A DNA stretch of 38,491 nucleotides from a virus, in the IMG/VR virus record IMGVR_UViG_3300029839_000006; one strand, written 5' to 3'. The first letter of the stretch is position 1. Each line of letters opens with the position of its first letter. Positions 35,129 to 38,491 of the stretch are shown here, piece after piece. Made by a program: the position numbers and the translations under genes. A model generated the notes under the pieces. That model did no database searches and was not told the origin of the DNA. It saw nothing but the letters and a program-made list of their open reading frames with translations.

Positions 35129-35517
35129 TCTTCCTCCGTTTCTTGGTTCTCGGGTAACAAAAACGTTTCTTTGATTTGCTTTTTTGCGCGGTATTTGCGG
35201 CTGTAGAGCCGCTGGCGCTCTTTATTCGCCTTGTCCTCTCTCCTCACCTCCTCCTCCATCGCCCGCACCTGCTCGGCGATCTCGACGGCGCGCTGCTCCC
35301 TTGTGCAGGAGACGCACCACCCGGTCCGACTCGACAGCGGCTTGAAGGTCTCCCTGCCGCACTTGGGGCAGAGCCAGCGCTTGCGGAGTGAGAGTCCGTA
35401 ACGCATCGCTTGCATCTTCACCGCGCCGACCGTTTTGCCGAGTGCCTCGGCTATCGCCTCTGGGCCGTCCCCGGCGTGCTCCTCGAGGTAGCGGACTTCG
35501 TTGCTCGTCCACGTCAT
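35125..35517 (-). CDS. HTH plus zinc-ribbon regulatory protein (130 aa).
   Basis: …EAIAEALGKTVGAVKMQAMRYGL… HTH, then CPKCG…CVSC. Confidence 0.45.
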   Translation of the reverse strand: MTWTSNEVRYLEEHAGDGPEAIAEALGKTVGAVKMQAMRYGLSLRKRWLCPKCGRETFKPLSSRTGWCVSCTREQRAVEIAEQVRAMEEEVRREDKANKERQRLYSRKYRAKKQIKETFLLPENQETEEE

Positions 35518-35597
35518 TACGCCAGGCGTCCCTTCCAAGACTTGAAGCGGCGCTGCAACTTCCGGCGCGTGATGTCGAGCCTCTGGTTACGGGGCAT
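35517..35597 (-). CDS. Possible micro-ORF (26 aa, basic: MPRNQRLDITRRKLQRRFKSWKGRLA).
   Basis: TAATG overlap with the cro stop and ATGA overlap with the next gene. Confidence 0.2.
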   Translation of the reverse strand: MPRNQRLDITRRKLQRRFKSWKGRLA

Positions 35598-35818
35598 TAC
35601 GCCACCGCCTTCTTGATAAGGCGCTCGTTCGAGCGAGCCATGAGGTAGTCGAGGCTGCAGTCGAAGATGTCGGCCATCGAGATGAGCACCGTGCTCTTGA
35701 TGGGCGTACGACCGGCCTCCCAGTCCTTCACCGAGTCGCGGGAAACCTCGAGCTCGTCGGCAAGGTCCTGCTGGGACATGCCCAAGCGGACTCGCTCCGA
35801 TGCGATGTTGTTCTTCAT
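35597..35818 (-). CDS. cro: Cro-like XRE-family HTH regulator (73 aa).
   Basis: …LGMSQQDLADELEVSRDSVKDWEAGRTPIKSTVLISMADIF… Divergent from the repressor gene. Confidence 0.7.
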   Translation of the reverse strand: MKNNIASERVRLGMSQQDLADELEVSRDSVKDWEAGRTPIKSTVLISMADIFDCSLDYLMARSNERLIKKAVA

Positions 35819-35961
35819 CCTTGTCTCCTTTCTGATTAAGTGCCCGTTTTGGGTACCTCATGAGGGAACTATACCACCATTATGTGGATGTAGCAAGAAG
35901 ATATATTGATAAAAGTCCACATTTTGGGTATCTTCGTGCTAAGGCAGAAAGGAGCGCGGCC
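35819..35961. promoter_or_regulatory. Genetic switch intergenic region: divergent promoters and putative operator repeats (TTTTGGGTA twice).
   Basis: The most AT-rich stretch in the window. Repeats at 35847-35855 and 35922-35930. TTGATA at 35908. Flanked by divergent HTH genes. Confidence 0.5.
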
Positions 35962-36282
35962 ATGGAACTCAAGCTATACAGGCGCATGAACGGCCTCACC
36001 CAGGAGCAGGTAGCCGACTACCTCGGTATCCCGAAAAAGACGTACCAGAACTACGAGCGCGAGGTCCGCGACCCTGACTCGGACGTTCTCTGCACTTTGG
36101 CTGACCGCTATGGAATCACGCTCGACGAGCTGGTCGGGCGGAATGACGACGGTCCCGACCTTGCGCTCATCTCCAATGACGAGCGTGACCTCATTGACAC
36201 ATATCGAGGGCTAACCGCGCCCTATAAGAAGGTTCTATTGGTGACCGCCCACGAACTGCGGGCGGCACAAGGGAAGGAGTAA
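35962..36282 (+). CDS. cI: CI-like XRE-family repressor (106 aa).
   Basis: ATG at 35962 with an AAAGGAG RBS. …LTQEQVADYLGIPKKTYQNYERE… HTH. Transcribed toward the integrase. Confidence 0.65.
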   Translation: MELKLYRRMNGLTQEQVADYLGIPKKTYQNYEREVRDPDSDVLCTLADRYGITLDELVGRNDDGPDLALISNDERDLIDTYRGLTAPYKKVLLVTAHELRAAQGKE

Positions 36283-36285
36283 GAG

Positions 36286-36993
36286 ATGATCACACGCAGG
36301 ACGTTCCTGGCCGCCATGGCCACGGCCTCGCTCATCCCGTTGGCGGGGTGCTCGAGCGGGCAGCAGCCCGGTTCCGGGCAGCAGTCCTCCGGAGAGGCGA
36401 AGGAGGTCGAGGCGAAAAATGGCCCCGAGCCGCTGGAGATAACGGAGTCCGGCTGGTCAGTGGTCGGCGACGGGTGGGTCTATTACGGCTTCGCGCTGAA
36501 GAACCCCAACAAGGACGTCGAGGCCCAGATGCCTACGGTGACGATAACGGGCAAGGCCGAGGACGGCTCCATCGTCTTCTCCGACAAGCAGACCCTGTTC
36601 GTCGTCCTCCCCGGTGAGACCGTACACTACGGTTTCCAGGCGGGAAACGGCACCGCCCCCGCAACGGTCGAGTTTAAGGCGAATGAGCCGAGCTGGGTAG
36701 ACAGCCAGACGCTGGACGAAGACGTCTTTACCGTATCGAACACGGCGGAGGTACCGGACTCGTACGGCGGCGTCTCGTACACAGGCGAGTTGACCGCCAA
36801 CTACGATCTGGACAAGAAGCAGTACAGCCAGGTCGCCGTCTCCGTGATTGCTCGCGACGCCTCCGGGGCCATCAACTACGGAAACACGACGTTCGTCGAT
36901 ACCCCGTCCAAGGGCGAGTCCGAGCCGTTCGAGATTTCCTGCTTCAATATGCCCGAGCACTCCTCGTTCGAGGTATACGCCCAGGTCTGGTAG
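36286..36993 (+). CDS. Tat-signal lipoprotein (235 aa); moron, possibly superinfection exclusion.
   Basis: Twin-arginine TRRTFLAAMA plus lipobox LAGC. Lies between the repressor and the integrase on the lysogeny strand. Confidence 0.65.
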   Translation: MITRRTFLAAMATASLIPLAGCSSGQQPGSGQQSSGEAKEVEAKNGPEPLEITESGWSVVGDGWVYYGFALKNPNKDVEAQMPTVTITGKAEDGSIVFSDKQTLFVVLPGETVHYGFQAGNGTAPATVEFKANEPSWVDSQTLDEDVFTVSNTAEVPDSYGGVSYTGELTANYDLDKKQYSQVAVSVIARDASGAINYGNTTFVDTPSKGESEPFEISCFNMPEHSSFEVYAQVW

Positions 36994-37003
36994 CGGCAAA
37001 GTG

Positions 37004-37044
37004 AAACCCCGCAGGTCGAAGCGCGCCAACGCTGCTGCGGGGTT
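37004..37044 (+). terminator. Stem-loop downstream of the lipoprotein gene.
   Basis: AAACCCCGCAG … CTGCGGGGTTT, an 11-bp stem with a ~19-nt loop. There is no T-tract on the plus strand after the 3' arm. Confidence 0.4.
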
Positions 37045-37081
37045 TACCAGATAGCCGCCCGTTTGGAGGGCATCCTAGATT

Positions 37082-38491
37082 ATGCCAGAAGATATAAAGA
37101 CCGCCGTCATATACGCCCGCTTCTCGTGCTCGAAGCAGCGCGAGGCCTCGATTGACGACCAGCTGCGCGTCTGCCGCGACTGGTGCGCGCGCGAGGGCTA
37201 TGCCATCGTCGGTGAGTACTCCGACTACGCCATGAGCGGCCGCAGCGACGACCGCCCGCAGTTCCAGAAGATGATAGCGAACGCCGGGGAATCGGACATC
37301 GTGCTCGTGTACATGATGGACCGCTTCTCGCGCGACGAGTACGACGCCCCGGCATACAAGCACGAGCTTAGGAAGAAGGGCGTCGAGGTCGTGTCGGCCA
37401 TGGAGGCCATGCCGAACGGCCCCGAGCGTATCCTGATCGAGAAGATATACGAGGGCCTCGCGGCCGTGGAATCGGTCAAGACCTCCATGAGGACGCGCAG
37501 GGGCATGGAGGGCAACGCCCTCAAGTGCAAGACCAACGGCGTGCGCGTCTACGGTTACGGCCGCAACGAGGACGACGAGTACGTGGTGAACGAGGACGAG
37601 GCGGCGATAGTGCGGGAGGCGTTCCGGCGCTCCTGCGACCACGAGCCGGTCGACTCCATCGCCAGCGACTTCGCGCGGCGCGGCGTGACCACGAGGACGG
37701 GCAGGCCGTGCGGATACTCGATGGTGTACCAGATGCTCCACAACAGGAAGTACACGGGCTTCTACTCGTGGGGAGGCATAGAGGTGGACGGCGGCATGCC
37801 CCAGATTATCGACAAGGCGACCTTCGCGATGGCCCAGGAGGTGAAGCCGAAGAAGCGCCGGGCCTCGGAGGACTGGGGCACGTTCGCGCTTTCCGGCAGG
37901 GCGATCTGCTCGGAGTGCGGCCACAATATGGCCGGGACGTCGGGCCGTGGCAAGAAGAACGTCAAGTACGAGTATTACGGCTGCCGCTGCGGTGCCAAGC
38001 CCGTCCGGCGCGACTGGCTCGAGCACGAGCTGGCCGAGGCCATCAGGGGGATGCTGCGCGACCGCGAGACGGCCCTCCGCATCTCCCACATGCTCTGGGA
38101 CGAGCCGGAGCCGGAGATAGCCGACGCGCGCAGGCGGGCCATGGCCTCTAAGCGCAAGGCCGAGAACGGCCTCCAGAACATCATGGCCGCCATCGAGCAG
38201 GGTATCGTGATGCCCGAGTTCACCGACCGCATAGCCCAGCTTCAGGCCCAGAAGGCCCGCGCCGAGCGCGATCTGGCCTCCTACGATGAGGCGCGCATCG
38301 ACCCCGAGGAGTTCGCGGACTTCCTCCAGTGCGGCGGCGGGATGGACGACGCGGCCGTCCTCGATTCCTTTGTCTATCAGGTGATGGTGACGCCGGAGGA
38401 GTGCGTGGCCACGCTCTACTGCGACGACGAACGCAACGAACCCGCACGACTAAGCATCGCACGGGTTCGCACATTTTCGGGTTGGTGCCCC
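37082..38491 (+). CDS. int: Large serine recombinase (integrase), 5' portion; the ORF runs off the window end and resumes at base 1.
   Basis: Translation MPEDIKTAVIYARFSCSKQREASIDDQ... has a resolvase-type N-terminal catalytic domain with the conserved Ser (YARFSCSKQ). A recombinase domain and a Cys-rich zinc-ribbon region (CSECGH...YYGCRCG) follow. Start ATG at 37082. No stop before the window end. Confidence 0.85.
   Translation, partial: MPEDIKTAVIYARFSCSKQREASIDDQLRVCRDWCAREGYAIVGEYSDYAMSGRSDDRPQFQKMIANAGESDIVLVYMMDRFSRDEYDAPAYKHELRKKGVEVVSAMEAMPNGPERILIEKIYEGLAAVESVKTSMRTRRGMEGNALKCKTNGVRVYGYGRNEDDEYVVNEDEAAIVREAFRRSCDHEPVDSIASDFARRGVTTRTGRPCGYSMVYQMLHNRKYTGFYSWGGIEVDGGMPQIIDKATFAMAQEVKPKKRRASEDWGTFALSGRAICSECGHNMAGTSGRGKKNVKYEYYGCRCGAKPVRRDWLEHELAEAIRGMLRDRETALRISHMLWDEPEPEIADARRRAMASKRKAENGLQNIMAAIEQGIVMPEFTDRIAQLQAQKARAERDLASYDEARIDPEEFADFLQCGGGMDDAAVLDSFVYQVMVTPEECVATLYCDDERNEPARLSIARVRTFSGWCP

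Noticed and set aside
1-38491. Integrated prophage with attL/attR direct repeats and host flanks.
   Set aside because: The 99-bp terminal repeat lies inside a continuous integrase reading frame, and nothing outside it is present. This is an assembly overlap of a circular molecule, not att sites.
1-38491. CRISPR arrays, tRNA, tmRNA or rRNA genes.
   Set aside because: No regularly spaced short repeats, and no cloverleaf-like candidates with conserved tRNA features, were seen on either strand.

Overview
This window is one complete copy of a circular, ~38.4 kb temperate siphovirus-like phage genome (or excised prophage) with high GC, probably from a Gram-positive host. Bases 1-99 are identical to 38393-38491, and a large serine recombinase (integrase) gene reads straight across that junction, so the window ends are an assembly overlap rather than host flanks. 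Except for the CI-like repressor, a Tat lipoprotein and the integrase, every gene is on the minus strand.

Reading the minus strand from high to low coordinates, the modules are:
- a divergent CI/Cro-like switch (35.6-36.3 kb);
- an early and replication block of tightly overlapping small genes (RusA, Erf, SSB, PD-(D/E)xK nuclease, replisome organizer, DnaC-like loader, HNH, MazG-like, Lar-like);
- an HNH endonuclease, then a ParB-like/DNA methyltransferase gene broken at a G7 tract;
- P27-family TerS and TerL, portal, ClpP-like protease, HK97-type capsid, head-tail genes and major tail protein;
- a tail chaperone with a -1 frameshift extension, a TP901-family tape measure, and distal tail/baseplate proteins (FN3-repeat protein, Tal-like, gpV-like, BppU-like);
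- a lysis cassette (XkdX-like, membrane protein, holin, cysteine-peptidase lysin, GH25-CW_7-LysM endolysin).

The standout system is a complete diversity-generating retroelement (DGR) at 2.8-6.0 kb. A reverse transcriptase with YMDD and IGxxxSQ motifs sits next to a 110-bp template repeat, and a 110-bp variable repeat lies at the 3' end of a 531-aa receptor-binding-like tail protein. All 17 TR/VR mismatches fall on template-strand adenines. A nested GC hairpin lies just past the variable repeat, and no avd gene is detectable.
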